The notes under the pieces: model-generated
Seen by the model: only the letters and a program-made list of their open reading frames with translations
What the model was told of the DNA's origin: nothing
The model's database searches: none
Position numbers and translations under genes: made by a program
Part shown: one piece after another, positions 27,196 to 44,930 of the stretch
Layout: every line of letters begins with the position of its first letter
How positions within the stretch are numbered: position 1 is the stretch's first letter
NCBI RefSeq assembly: GCF_009914755.1
Contig: NC_060930.1
Source: the human T2T-CHM13v2.0 reference genome, Homo sapiens
Length of the DNA stretch: 64,000 nt
Reading direction: 5' to 3' (one strand)

Positions 27196-28317
27196 ACTAG
27201 GACAGCAGGCTGCTCTCCTAATCACCGTGGTATAAATCGCCTCTTTTCTTCAAGTCTCAGAAGGTTAGTTTCCTTTTTGCCTTTTTAAAACCATCTGCTC
27301 TTCCCCCTAAATTAGCTATATCCCAGGGCTCATCTCCTATAACTTCTCCTAAAAACAAGTCTATAAGACTTTTTTATTTCAGAGAACTTAAAAAAAAAAA
27401 AACAAGGAAATAGACAAGGTGGTAGGAATGACAAGTGTGGGAGAGAACAGAGAGTCAAAAAAGATGGAAATTTCTTTTCCCGTGGTTCCCACACTCCTAA
27501 TTGCCTTTTCTAGGAGATTAGAAATATTCACCTACCTCTGGCTCCAGTGTGTTTCCTAGTGGCTGGCTGGGAAGCCCAGCAGCTTCAGGTCTTTCATTTC
27601 ATTCCTGCAGGTAGAACTCACTCCTCACCCCATCCCATTCTCTTCCATTCACTCGTCCCTACATCCTGCAGGATGCGTGTGTCACAAAGGTTCCCTTTTT
27701 AGCATCTCTGTTTGCAATGTTAGACATTTACTCGCACTGGGCTTACAGTTTCTAGTTAAAGGATCAACTCTACCAGGGCAGAAAGCATTTTGGCCATCAA
27801 CCAAGAGGGGAGGGAGGATTGAGTGACCTGGACCTTTTCCGTGTGCTCCCAGGATAAGGGAGGACAAATGGAAAGCTTCCTTCCTATAAATGCTACATGG
27901 GCCAAGATAGTGGAGGGGAATACTTCACAGCAAAGTAACTCTCAACACTTACTAATTAAGCACGTGGCAGTGCCATTTATTAAGTCTGGTAGGAATGGTT
28001 AGAGGCTCCACAGCTTAAAAGAAAAAAAGTAGTAATATTGAATAGTTCTATTTATGTCAAACTATGACAACATATTAATGTCAAAATGTGCAGCCAGTCT
28101 GTCACCATTTGAGGTTACTAATATGTCTGCAAGGCCCTTTAAGAACAGTTGTTCCCAGCAGTGGAGAACATGTGGCCCAGTCTAGGAAGCTTCAGCCCCA
28201 GTTCTGCCAAAAGGAATGCAAGGCAATTGTGCAGCCACTCTGTGCCTCAGATCTTATCTGCAAATTGAGGGGAATAACATCGGCCTTAGGGTCGGTGCAT
28301 CCCTTAAGAATATTTCA

Positions 28318-28611
<294 letters not shown>

Positions 28612-28649
28612 AGAATATTTCAGGATATTGCTTAACAACAATGTTAGCT

Positions 28650-29410
28650 GAACAGTAAGTGCATGAAAAGGTACTCAACATTAAGCCACACTGAGATAGC
28701 GCTATACCCCTACTAGAATGGCTAAAGTTAAAAAATTGAGTATATCATGTGTTAATGAGGAGGAGGGGCAACAGGAACTCTTCTATACTCATGGCAAATT
28801 GGCACAACCACTTTGGAAAACTGTGTGGCCATATGTACTTAACCATGACCCAGAAATTCACATCTGGGTATTTACCCAAGAGAAATGACTGCTAAGTTTA
28901 TGCAAAGACTCAAATGCGAACGTTCATGGCAGCATTATTCAAATAAGCAAGAACTGGAAAGAACCCAGGGGCCCATCAGCTGCTAAATAAATAAAGTCTG
29001 GGATATCTATACAATGAAACTACTGAGCAATAGAAAGGAACACAGCATTAACACAAGCCACAGATGAATGGAGCTCAAAACCATTCTGCTCAGTGAAGGA
29101 GTCAAACACACAGCATTACATATCACTTGATTCCATTTATATGAAAGTCTAGAAAAGGCAAAGCTATAGTGGCATAAAGGTCCTTAACAGTTGCCAGGGG
29201 CTGGGGCCAGGAGAGGGGATCGGCTACACAGGGACTCAAGGAAATTTCTAGGGTGATGAAAATGTTCCAGATCTTGATTGTGGTGATGGCTGCTCTATAA
29301 AATAACCAAAACTCACCATACCGGGCACTACAGTGTGTGTTAACTGTACCGTGTGTGTATTTCAAATGCCTGAATTTTATTATATGTAAATAATGCCTCA
29401 ATAAAGCCAG
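28650..29410 (+). mobile_element. Old L1M 3' end
   Basis: ctactagaatggctaaa...caaccactttggaaaac...gggtatttacccaagagaaatg...cctcaataaagc. Confidence 0.8.
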
Positions 29411-30139
29411 AAAAACATTTAAATGAATTGTCCCTCATGCAACATCCATTTTAATACTATCATTATGGTATTATCTTTGGGCAGACCGTATTTGCTGACT
29501 TCCACTCATGGCTGGTGTTACCTACTTCTGGGGCACTTGGTTGAGTTTAAGGATCACGTTGGCATGGCTCTACCACTTCTGTGCTTTTTAAGGGGGTGGC
29601 TGTGTCTTCCACTGGCCAGGGGAGCAACAGTAGTGTGACAGCCTTCTGTTTCCAGCAGAAGAACCAGCAGCTGCAGGACTGAAGCTGCCCTTTGGGTCAG
29701 TGCTCAAGGAAGAGAGGCTGGTGGTAGAGAGGTGTTAGACACCCCTTACTGTTCTCAGAGAGCTCTGGCCACTGACTTGGATGGCTGGAGCCTCACAGAC
29801 AGACATGGTGGAAGCCGAGTGAAAGGGGAGGTCCTGAATCAGAGATTCCCGAAGCAGATCTCAAGTCCAATGGGACACATGCAGGGAGGAAAACCACTCA
29901 GAGGAAGCAACATTCATCCTCCCATTGCATTAAAAATAAATACAAGACCACCATTCATTCAAATAACTGGGCCCATTGTGTATTCAAATAACCACTGACT
30001 GACCTTCTCTTCCACTTCATCGAGTGGTGGAGAATTAGCAGAAGCGACCTGGCCAACTGGTCATTTTGTTCACATGTACATAGGCCCAACCTCAAGGACA
30101 TTGGGGTGGTATCTGTTTTGAGTTATTTTGAAAGCAAAG

Positions 30140-30545
30140 CCTGAAACACACGTGTGAATGCAGGTAGCTTCCATGGAAAGTAATCGCAGGAAGCAGTGGG
30201 AAACAGAAGACCAAAAGGGAAGAAAGTCAACATGGACTATGTTATCGGGCTGGCTACTGCAGTGGGCAACGCGGCTCAGCTCTGCTGGAGGGTTTCTGAG
30301 GAACTGGAAAGAATACGCCTCATAGTTCTCTCTCCCAAGGGCAGAAAGCTAGGTAGTTCCCACTGACTTCCGGCTCCCCTTGGTTGAGGGTCCCCATTCC
30401 AGGGCTGTGTGTGCCCGGACAAAGCTACTATCTGAGGCTTAGGAGAAAGTCCTGGGGCTGAAGAGAGACCCCTGACGCACACATGTGGGGGGCACGGAAA
30501 CCAGGTTGGTGAAGTGGTGTGGCACCAGCTGCAGCACCAAGGTCC
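30140..30545. mobile_element. Probable ancient ERVL-class LTR (LTR16-like)
   Basis: gttatcgggctggctactgcagtgggcaac...ctcagctctgctggagg motif. Weak recognition. Confidence 0.4.
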
Positions 30546-31879
30546 AAAGGAGGGTGGCTGGGGGTGACAACCTTTCTGCTAAAAGAGATGCAAACCCAAC
30601 ATCTCTGGAAAGGGAGGGGTGGAATGGACAGTTCATTCTGGGAGATGCTTTGGGTGCCCCTCAGCACTGCTCGGAGGAAGGGGGGTGAGCTTTCAGCCAT
30701 GCCTAGGTTGCCATTGGCCTCTGATTCTCTTGGACCTTGGTGGTGTAGGTCTCCTCAACCCTGGAAGAAACAGAGATATGAGATTGTTGCCACGTGCCTG
30801 TCATCCTGAGACTCGGACCACGCCATTGCACAAACACACATGTGGAGGTTTAATGGTTTAACTTTAATCATATCCAGTTCCCGCCAGGCAAGCTGGGGGC
30901 ACACTTCCTGCCCTTCTGCCTTGCACCTGCAATGAAGGCCCTGGATCTAAGTGGAAGACAAGGTGTATTTGAGACAATCTGATACTTCAGCCTTATTCCT
31001 GGGGTAGGTGTGCACGGTATGCATGTGTGTAATAAGAGCTCCTGGGGTGACCAAACACTTGCCAAATGGCCTGGGGACACTCTGCTTTTTGAATTTTTCT
31101 TTGGAGACAGGCAAGAATCAGCAGGTTTCTGCCATTTTTGAAATATCAGCTGACAGTGCCCTGCCTGCTCTATAAAGGTCATTCCAGCTGGAGGTTTGAG
31201 TAAATGTCTCTAACTCTCTGAAAAGCTCACATCCTGGAACAAAACTCTTGCCTTCCCAAAGGAGGAGAACAAAACCCCCCAGCCAGCTCACAGAGGGCAA
31301 ATCAGAGGCAAGAGGAGGGATCTCAGATAAGCTCTTAATAACGAAAACCTTTTATTAACAATGGTGTTTCCCTGTCTCACAAATTCCCAGGACCTGGCTG
31401 AGCACGTTGGGTAACTGTGAGGCCAGCCTATCCCCAGAGTGTATTTGACACTCAATAAAAAACCTGCACTAATTTAAACAGCTCCAGAATAGCTGACAAT
31501 ATGGACAACATTTCAGACTGGAAGGAAAAGTAAAAAAGGAATGAAACACTTTCATTTTTGAATGAACAGATTGATTTTCAAACATAAGTGATAGATAAAG
31601 TCAAGCTCACAGACACGTCTACAATGAGTAATTATCTGGTAGACATTGACCTAGCCTGGGAAAAAGCTGGGATATTATGTTAGCTCAAATGTGCTTCCTT
31701 GCCTTCCACTTGGAATGGTGGCCTTTCATGACAGGTGCAAGGCAGTGGCAGGTTGTGAGTGTGTGTGTGTGTGTTTAAACAATTTTCCATCTTTAAGCCA
31801 ACTTTACTGGATTCCAGTATTTTACCTATGAACTCATGATTATTTAGCTTAACCTTTATTTACATTTTCTCTGAGAGTG

Positions 31880-32325
31880 AAACACTGTGTGTGTGCATGT
31901 GTGTGTGTGTCTGTATAGTGGGTGGGTGTATGTGTGTGTGTGTAGTGGATGGGTGGGCATAGGTGTGAGTGGATGTGTGTGTGGTGGGTGGGTGTATGTG
32001 TTCATGTGTGTGTGTAGTGGGTGGGTGAGTGTAGATGCACGTGGGTGTGTGTGTAGTGGATGGGTGGGCATAGGTGTGAGTGGATGTGCATGTGTAGAGG
32101 GAGGGTGGGCGTAGGTGTGTGTGGGTGTGTGTGTAGTGGGTGGGTGGGTGTACATGTGCACATGTGTGTGTAGTGGGTGGGTGAGTGTAGGTGCACGTGG
32201 GTGTGTGTTTAGTGGATGGGTGGGCTTAGATGTGAGTGTGTGTGTGTAGTGGATGGGTGGGCTTAGATGTGAGTGTGTGTAGTGTGTGGGTGTGTATAGG
32301 TGTGCATGGGTGTAGGTGTATGTGA
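31880..32325. repeat. Compound GT/GGGT-rich minisatellite
   Basis: Recurrent tagtggatgggtgggc(at/tt)ag at 31943, 32054, 32210 and 32248, among (TG)n and gggtgggtg runs. Confidence 0.92.
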
Positions 32326-33229
32326 GTTTACAGAGAATAGAAAATAATAGCAGGGAGCATAGACATAAGGAGATTGTCTGATGCCATAAGCGCCACTTTG
32401 GTGCTGGCTGCTTTTGTGACCACAGCTACCATTGCTGCAGTGACATGGGTCAGAGGAGCAACTTTCCAGTAACCTCTAAGCAGAGGCATTTTTCACAATA
32501 GAGAGATTTTCAAAATTTCTCAAATGATCTCTTTCACACGGTCTTTCCTGTGCCCCACAGTTTCGATGGCATTCTCACCAGGTCAGCGCCCACAGGCTGC
32601 AGGTATGCCTGTGAACAGACATTGGAGGAGAGAAATGGAATGGCTTTTGGGTTAGAAAGTTCTTAGGGTAAATCTCAACTTGGCTGCTTTCTCACTGAAT
32701 AAACTTAGCTGTAACACTTAGCTGTAAAAGACTGTTTCCTTATCTAGAAAGTTGGTATTACAGCAGGACATACCATTTTGCAAAGTTTGTTATAAAGTTT
32801 AAATTAAATAGTGAGGGTGAACCTCTCAGCACACTGTCAGACACAAAGTGTCTGTTCAATTAATGATGATAACTATGAACCCATGGTATACCAGATGATT
32901 TTTTACAAACATAAGCACCAGTGCTTGAAACTATCCTTGATTTGTTTGTCTTGGGGGCCAGCCTGCCTCTTTGGGCAGCACATTAGGACTTTATTTTAAT
33001 ACGGTACATGACAGCATGAAACTCAGCAACAGTACTCTGCCATGGATTGTTTCCAAAGGAGCATGGCCATGAAGGAGTTAATGCAGTTTTGCTTCCAAGG
33101 AGATGCCCTGGAGTGGATCCCATAGGCACTGCTATTGGGAGAGTGCTGGTATTTTGTTTTATATTGTAAGCTGGGTCGCTCCCCAACTGTAGCACAGACT
33201 ACTTTGGGGTTAATGCTATAACAGGATTT

Positions 33230-36625
<3,396 letters not shown>

Positions 36626-36759
36626 AATCATGAGTATATTGGTTATCTTCTTTATGAATTGCCTATATGCATATTTTCAAAGCACAATGTGTATAGATTT
36701 TTATAAATCTTTTTTTTTTCTATTTTGTTTATTCTGCTTATTTTTAAAAGTAAAATTTT

Positions 36760-37090
<331 letters not shown>

Positions 37091-38554
37091 TTAGGACTTG
37101 TATTTTGAATGTCTTGTTTTTTCTCATTTTGTTAGTAATTACCTTTTTCTGTAATTCACAGACATATCAGTTTGAAATGCATTGAAAATTAAAACAAAGA
37201 GCACAAACTATAGATTGAAAAACACTGCTGTAGCATAATTGCTCTCTATTGATCAGAATTGTGTCTGCAAGAGAGTCTGAAAAAGGAAGAGGAGCAACCA
37301 ACTCCTTTCACAATATCTGGGGTCACAGCATCGAAGTGGGTGTGGCCCAGAATGATGAAATAAGGACTTTGAATATCCATTGCTTTGTTAATTTAAAAAA
37401 ATCCAATAACTTCGGCAAAAATTGTCAAAATCAGCTTTTTCAGAACTCTGGAAATTAATAAAAGGCTTACAACTTTGCAAGGTATGTTTATTCAAGAAGA
37501 ACAGCTAACTATCATAAGAATGGTCAGTTTTGTGGCATTTTAACTCACACTATTCCCATTCTCCTCTCCCCACTTCCATGGTTGTCTTGAAAACCAGCAG
37601 CCACTATAGAGGGGAACACAATGGATTTGAAGTTTCTCAAAAAGTTCCATCATGAGAGTATTGTCACTATTAGACCTAACAGCTTCTGGGAAAATCCCCA
37701 ATGGAGCATTTGTTATTTGGCCTGACTCAGAGCTCACTCAGTAGGAAAAGCCCTATCCCCAAGGCATTTGTCAAAAACAATCAATGGCAATTGTTCAACA
37801 TCTCAACTGCCTGAAGTGATGTTACCAGTTGGCACAAACAAGAGACCGGCCAAAAAAAAATTAAAAGAAAGACGTGAGAAATAAAACATTCATAAGGGTT
37901 TTGAAAAACTCTTCCGTATTCCAGGGATCTAGAAAGTTATGCATCTTTGTAGGGCTGTGTACATGCCTACAAAATATCTGAGAAGGCCCCAACCTCTCAC
38001 CTCTAGCTGACCTTGAGGCCCCATGAAAACAGAAAATGAAGATCTAAACTGTTATTGCATTGAATATGTGCCCCCAACACACAGAGAAAATACCCTTAAC
38101 AAAGGGTGGAAGGCTTATTGTTTAAGAAATTTATTAAAATCACTGTTCAATCAGTAAGCTAATTGAGCAGAGACTTAAGTGGCCATATATGACAAGGAAT
38201 GCAGACTTTTCAGAATTAGTCCAAGAAAGCACTAAACAGATATTATCATCAACAGCAATAACAACAAATCCTGAGGAGGGAGAAATCTGATTTTCAGAGT
38301 AACCACATTATATTATTTAAAATGTTACTGTTTCAACAAAAAACCATAAAACACTGAAAGAAAAAGGGAAGTATGACTCATATAAAGGAACAAAGTAACC
38401 AATAGAAATTATCCGTAAGGAAGTCAGACTTGGGGACTTACTAGAAAGCTATTATAAATGTATTCAAAGAGCTAAAGAAAACCATGTCTAAAGAATTAAA
38501 GGAAAATGTGAGAATTATTTCTTGCCAAACAGAACATATTAATAAAGAGATAGT

Positions 38555-38868
38555 GACCAGGTGCAGTGGCTCATGCCTGTAATCCCAGCACTTTGGGAGG
38601 CTGAGGTGGGCGGATCATGAGGTCAGGAGATCGAGACCATCCTGGCTAACACGGTGAAACCCTGTCTCTACTAAAAATACAAAAAATTAGCTGGGCATGG
38701 TGGCAGGTGTCTGTAGTCCCAGCTACTCGGGAGGCTGAGGCAGGAGAATGGCATGAACCCAGGAGGCAGAGCTTGCAGTGAGCCGAGATCAGAGCTTGCA
38801 GTGAGCCAAGATTGCGCCACTGCACTGCACCCTGGGCGACAGAGCAAGACTCCATCAAAAAAAAAAAA
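38555..38868 (+). mobile_element. AluY-like element with an internal 23-bp duplication
   Basis: gagaccatcctggctaacacggtg, gaatggcatgaacc, and agagcttgcagtgagcc(g/a)agat x2. Confidence 0.92.
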
Positions 38869-39130
38869 GAGAGAGAGATAGAAATTATTTTTTAAAATTG
38901 GTCATTCTGGAACTGAGAAGTTACAATAGCTGAAGTGAAAATTTAATGAGATGGGCTCAACAGCAGATCTGAATTGGTGGCAGAACATATCAGCAAACTG
39001 GAAAATAGATCAACTGAGATTATCCAGTCTGAGGAACAGAAGGAAAAATGAATGAAGAAAAATGAACAGAGCCTCAGATATCTGTGGAGATTGTTCAAGC
39101 ATGCCAACATATGCTTAATGGGAGCCCGAC

Positions 39131-39132
<2 letters not shown>

Positions 39133-39177
<45 letters not shown>

Positions 39178-39195
39178 TGAAGAGAGAGAGAAGAA
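39133..39195. repeat. (GA)n microsatellite
   Basis: Read directly. Confidence 0.95.
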
Positions 39196-39930
39196 GAAAT
39201 AATAAAGAAATAATAGCCAAGAACTTCTAAAATTTGATGGAAAACATTAAGATACTCAAAAGACTTCATGTAGAATAAACTCAAAGAGATCCACACCTAG
39301 GAACATCACAATCAAGCTGCCAAAAGACAAAGACAAAGAATCTGGAATGCAGCAAGAGAAGGCAAGCAACTCATCACATACAAGTGATCCTCAATAAGGT
39401 TAACAGCTGACTTATTTTCAGAAACCACAGAGTCTAGAAAGCAGTGAAATGGCATATTCAAAGTGCTGAAGGAAAAAGACTGTCAACCAAGAATTCTACA
39501 TCTGGTGATCTGTATATCAGAAAGAGTAAAACATTCCAAGATGAACAAAAATTGAGAGTATATATTACTAGCCAAACTTCCCTACAAGAAATAATAAAGA
39601 GAATCCTTCAGGCTGAAATGAAAAGACACCAGACAGTAACTCAAATTTATATGAAGAAATAAAGAACACCAGTAGAGGTACATAGGTAAATATACTGTCT
39701 CCTGATTTAAAAGACAGCTGTGTAAAGTGATAATTATAAAACTATGTTAATGGGCTTATAGTATATAAAAACATATTAATAGTTTGCTTGATAATAAGAA
39801 CATAAAAGAGAGAGTTGACATAGAGCTATTTGGTGCAAAGCTTTATTTATTATTAAAATTAAGTTGATGTTAATCTAAAATAGATTGTTGTAAGTCAAGG
39901 TGTTAATTGTAATCACCAGAAAAACCTCTA

Positions 39931-40269
<339 letters not shown>

Positions 40270-43200
40270 CTAAAACTTTGAGAAACCAAAATGGTGCACT
40301 AAAAAAAAAAAAAAAATCTGTTTAATAAAAAATGAAATAGTAATAGAGAAATAGAGGATGGAAATGTTATGACATATGGAAAACAAATAGTCAAATAACA
40401 GATGTATATCCTGCTTTATCAGTACTGACATTAAATGCAAATGTGTTCAATACTCCAATTAGAAGGTGGATATTGGCAGAATGACATTTAAAAAATATGA
40501 TTACCTATATGCTGTCTGGAAGTGACAAACTTTAGATTAAAAGTCAGTTTGCATGAAAAAATATACATACAAACAGTAACCCAAAGAAAACTGGAGTGGC
40601 TATGCCATTATTAGACAAAATAGACTTTAAGACAAAAACTTTTGCTAGAAAAACAAAGGACTTTTCTTAATCATAAAAGGGTCAATCCATCAGGAAGATA
40701 ACAATTATAATTTATATATGCATAACAATAAAATTCCTAAATACATGAAGCAAAAACATACAGAATTGAAAGGAGAAACAATTCACAATAACAGTTGGCG
40801 AGTTCAACACACCACTTTCAATAATAAATAAAACAAATAGAAGATCAACATGAAAATAGAAGAATTAAACAGTACTTCAAACAAACTACACTTAACAAGC
40901 ATCTGTAGAACACCACATCCAATAGCAGCAGAATACACATTTGTCTCAAGCCTACAAGCAACACTCTCCAGGACAGTTCACATGTTAGGCCAGAAAACAA
41001 GCCTCGATAAATTTAAAAGGATTGAAATTATAGAAATTATGTTCTCTGATCACAAAGCCATTAAACTAGAAATCAATAACAGTAGGAAATTAGGAAAACT
41101 CACAAACGTGGAAATTAAGCAATGCACTCCTAAATAACCGAGGAGCCAAAAAAGAAATCACAAGGAAATTAGAAAATACTTTGAGATGAATGAAAATAAA
41201 AACAAAATATGTCAAAACTTACAGGATGCAGCTAAAGCAGTGGTTAAAGGGAAACTTCTATCTGTAAACACACGTACTGGAAATGAGTGTGGTTACCATT
41301 ATGGAAGTAACTTGCAAGTTACATCTGTTCAATTGTACTACTATATCTGAAAACTTTTTTGGAAATTTTCCAGAATAATTTTTAGGGTAGCCATTATAGT
41401 TTTAAAAACATCTTGAATGATGGTAGTTCTTTACATTTGAATGTTGTATGTAATTTTTGAAAGCATAAGTAATTTGAAGATGCATTAGTGAATAAGGTGA
41501 TTAGTGAGGCTCATGATCCCATTGTTGGGCTAAACACTAAGAGTGGTCATTAAATAAATTATACGGATTTCCAAAGAGGCGTTTACAAAACAGAACACAG
41601 GGTGGTTCCTGTAGAGGAATTTCAAATATGTGTGAAGTAGAGAAAACATAATCGGATTAAGTACCTAGCCATCAAGGATGACTATTTTGAGTACAAGTCA
41701 TTCAAATGTATAGGTTTTAGGCATATTTCAAAGTAAGTATCTTCAAAATCTCATTGTTTCCAGGTGGTTATCATTATATCAGCCTCTATTGCAATAAACA
41801 GAAATTGGAAATGATGAGTAGGCAAGAATTGGTCTAGGAGTTTGGCCCTTTAATTCAAGTTTATATTGATTAAATCAGTTTCTATTTGATCTTAATTGAA
41901 TTTTTCTCCACAGTTTTAACAGTAGACCTTCTATTCATAAGTGTAGGTATGTATGTGTATGTGCATAAGTTCATACAAGAAATACAATAAACTTTTTAAA
42001 GACAGAGAATCCATGTACCATATATACCCTCTAAGCCTGATTTTTTTTTTTTTTTTTTGCTTCCCTAGGTGTCTCTGTACTATTACTACACAATAGGTAG
42101 CAATCACTAATAAAAATGACTGTTAAGTTCCTATGCAATATAAACTACTGTATAAAGGCTAAGCAATAAACAATTTACTACTTACTCTGAGCAAATGGAA
42201 ACCTCATTTTGCCAATATAAACAAGACCTCCTCTTATCCTATACTTTATAGCGGTATTATTGTGAAAATCACAAGTCCCAATAGATTGTCACAACAGGAA
42301 CAAGCATTATCTGATTTGTTCCTCTTTATGGTATTAACAATGTTCTAATGTTGTGAAGCACCTTAACCGAGCAACATCTGATGTTTTAAAAAACATTTGG
42401 ATGTTAGCCACATTTGTAAGACAGCACAGCCTAGAGTGATAGAACTGTTGAGTGAGGCAGAAGGAAAGTGAAAACTGTTGCAGCAGAAGAGTGACCCAGA
42501 CCGTGGAATCTGACTTAAGGGAAGTTGGCAGAAGGTAGGTTTGGCAGGGTAGCGAAAACCATGTTTCATCTTGGAAATCTGTGAGCTACTGCACACAAGA
42601 CAAGCTGCTAAGTTAATCATGAAACAATAAGATTTGGGACAAATAGGAAGGTGAAAGAATTTTTTTTTAAACTATTTTAAAAGCATTTCTAAAAGCAGAC
42701 CATACATGATCTTTTGAAACCTTAGGAATACTTCATCATTTTTTGAAATATAAAGTTCAATTTTATTAAACATATGGGTTAGCTTGAAATTATCCAGAAT
42801 ATTAAAATTAATTTGAAAATAATTAAAATTCAGAAAAACTTCAGGTGTGCGTCCAAGTTCTGGGTAGTATTAATATGATATGAAAATTGCTGAGAAAATT
42901 TACTGTGAACAGGTGTGTGAAATAATTGAGGGAGGGAAAAGTTCAGACATTAATTAGCAAGAATTATGAATTTTCATGTTAGGTTGTTCTCAAGTTGATG
43001 TATTTTAAAGCATATGTATATAAAGGAACTATTTTAAAATTGTGGATACACATGGAAAACAAAACATTATTCATAACATTCTGTACTTTTGTTATCAATC
43101 ACCTGATGAGACATGGAAAGAACAAAAATGTCTAAATCAAAAGAAAAAATAATTCTAAACAGTTTGGAAGTTTATTCAATAAGTCTTGCTAGTAGTGTTG

Positions 43201-43559
43201 AAATGTTCTCATTTCAAATTCAGCAAAATAAAGATATGCACTCAAAGAATGTCTCTGTTGAGACTTGGGGGGAAAACGGATGAATATGCCAAAAATAATA
43301 CCCCAATTTCTGTACTCAAAGAATTTATGGTGGGGAGGGAAGCCAGGACAAAATTAAAAAGCATAATGTTAGAAAATAATGTGACAAATGCTATTAAAGT
43401 AACCTATATTAATAGGAGATGGATAAGGACATCAGGACTTTACCCCGGGTTGGGAAGGATGGTGCGATTTTGGTGTTTGTCAGGTAAGATTAGTGGAAAA
43501 TATTTTAGACAAAGAGAAGAGGATGTATAAAGCTTGAGAATTATAAACAAGACTATTGT

Positions 43560-44930
43560 ACTGATGTTGTCAGGATTTGACAATACTCAGAAGAGTACCA
43601 CCATAACAAAAACCTAAAAGGTGGGAGAGACATTGGAACTAGGCTGTGGAAATAAGCTGGAAAGACTTTGAGAAAAGTATTAGTGAAAGCTTGAAGAGGC
43701 TTGAAGAGTGTTTCATGACATCTTAATGATCTTTGAGGAGGTTGTGAGTGAGAGTTTGAAGAAAAGTAAAGAAAATTTTATTTGAAACTGCAGAAAAAAG
43801 ATTTTTGTTATATTGGTGGTAGAAAGTTTAGCAACACTGTCATCTGCAATAATAGAGAAAGTAGAAAATTTACCTAATTAATTGTGTGATCTAACTAAGG
43901 ATGTTTCCAGAGAGTGCTGAAACTCTTCCAGGTTTCTTTTTGCTGCTTATAATAAAATGTGAGAAGAAAGAGATAAACTAAAGGAAGGACTTTTAAAGAA
44001 AAAATATATTTAAAAAAAATTCCAACCTCTAGGGACAACAAATGATGGTACAATTAAGAAATGACTTCCAGGTAAAGATCAAATCCAGGACACGCTAAAG
44101 AAAACATGGTCTAAACATGAAGCCAAGAATTTAAAATTATTTGTTAAGACTTCAGAAATATTCAAGACAGTGCATTAGAGAATTATTCAGTCAAACAATA
44201 GGGCTTCCAAGGTGTTTAAGGGTGTTGGCCCTCAACAGGCCCAGCAGAAGTCCAAGGTAAAGAAGAGCTTATCTTGAATGGTGAGTGCAGTCCTTCTCTA
44301 ATGAAGTGAACCTCAGTAAAATTCGCAGGAGGTCTAGAAAGTTTTGATTTACATTGCTTGAAGCACCACCAGTTTGGACTGACACAGGCAACAACCACAA
44401 AGAGAAAAGAGGCCTTTGTCCTCCCAAACTATTCCACCAGCAGGAAGTAAGTTGAGAAACCTACACTGCCACATGCAGAGACTAGCCTTCATGGAAAAGG
44501 GAGAATGACTCAGAAGGTGAAAGCGAGAGTCCAGAGGGTGGATCCAGGAGTGGGTGACCGTGCCTTGCATGGAGAAGGACATGTGTCATTGGGGAGCTGG
44601 GGATAGACAATGATCACTGACCTACAAAGTAGTCCCCAGTGATTCTCACTTCCTGTTTTTCGTACCTTGTATAGTCCCCTCCCACACTGAATAGGGCATC
44701 ATGGAAATCAGAGAGTGTGACGGCTGCTTGGGGTTAGGACATAAAAACGTGGAGATTCCTGTCTTACTCTCTCCTCGATCACTCATTCTGAGAAGCCAGC
44801 TGTCACACGATCAGCCCTATGGAGAGGTCCACCTGGTGAGGAAGGGAGGCCTCCTGCCAACCACCTCAGCATCAATTTGCCAGCTATGCAAGCGAGCCAT
44901 CTGGGAAATGGATCCTCCTGTCTCAGTCAC
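43560..44930 (+). mobile_element. MLT1 (MaLR) internal sequence followed by an LTR (~44625-44930)
   Basis: ccataacaaaaacctaaaa...ttggaactaggctgtgg...ctggaaagactttgag, then tagtcccctcccacactgaatagggc...agccctatggagaggtccac. Confidence 0.7.

Noticed and set aside
31856-32196. His/Thr/Pro-rich ORFs
   Set aside because: Translations of the minisatellite.
40850-41137. Endonuclease-like ORF
   Set aside because: Decayed L1 ORF2 fragment with stops and frameshifts on both sides.
41500-41760. Possible ancient mariner-like relic
   Set aside because: Only a short motif resemblance, too weak to call without a Dfam search.
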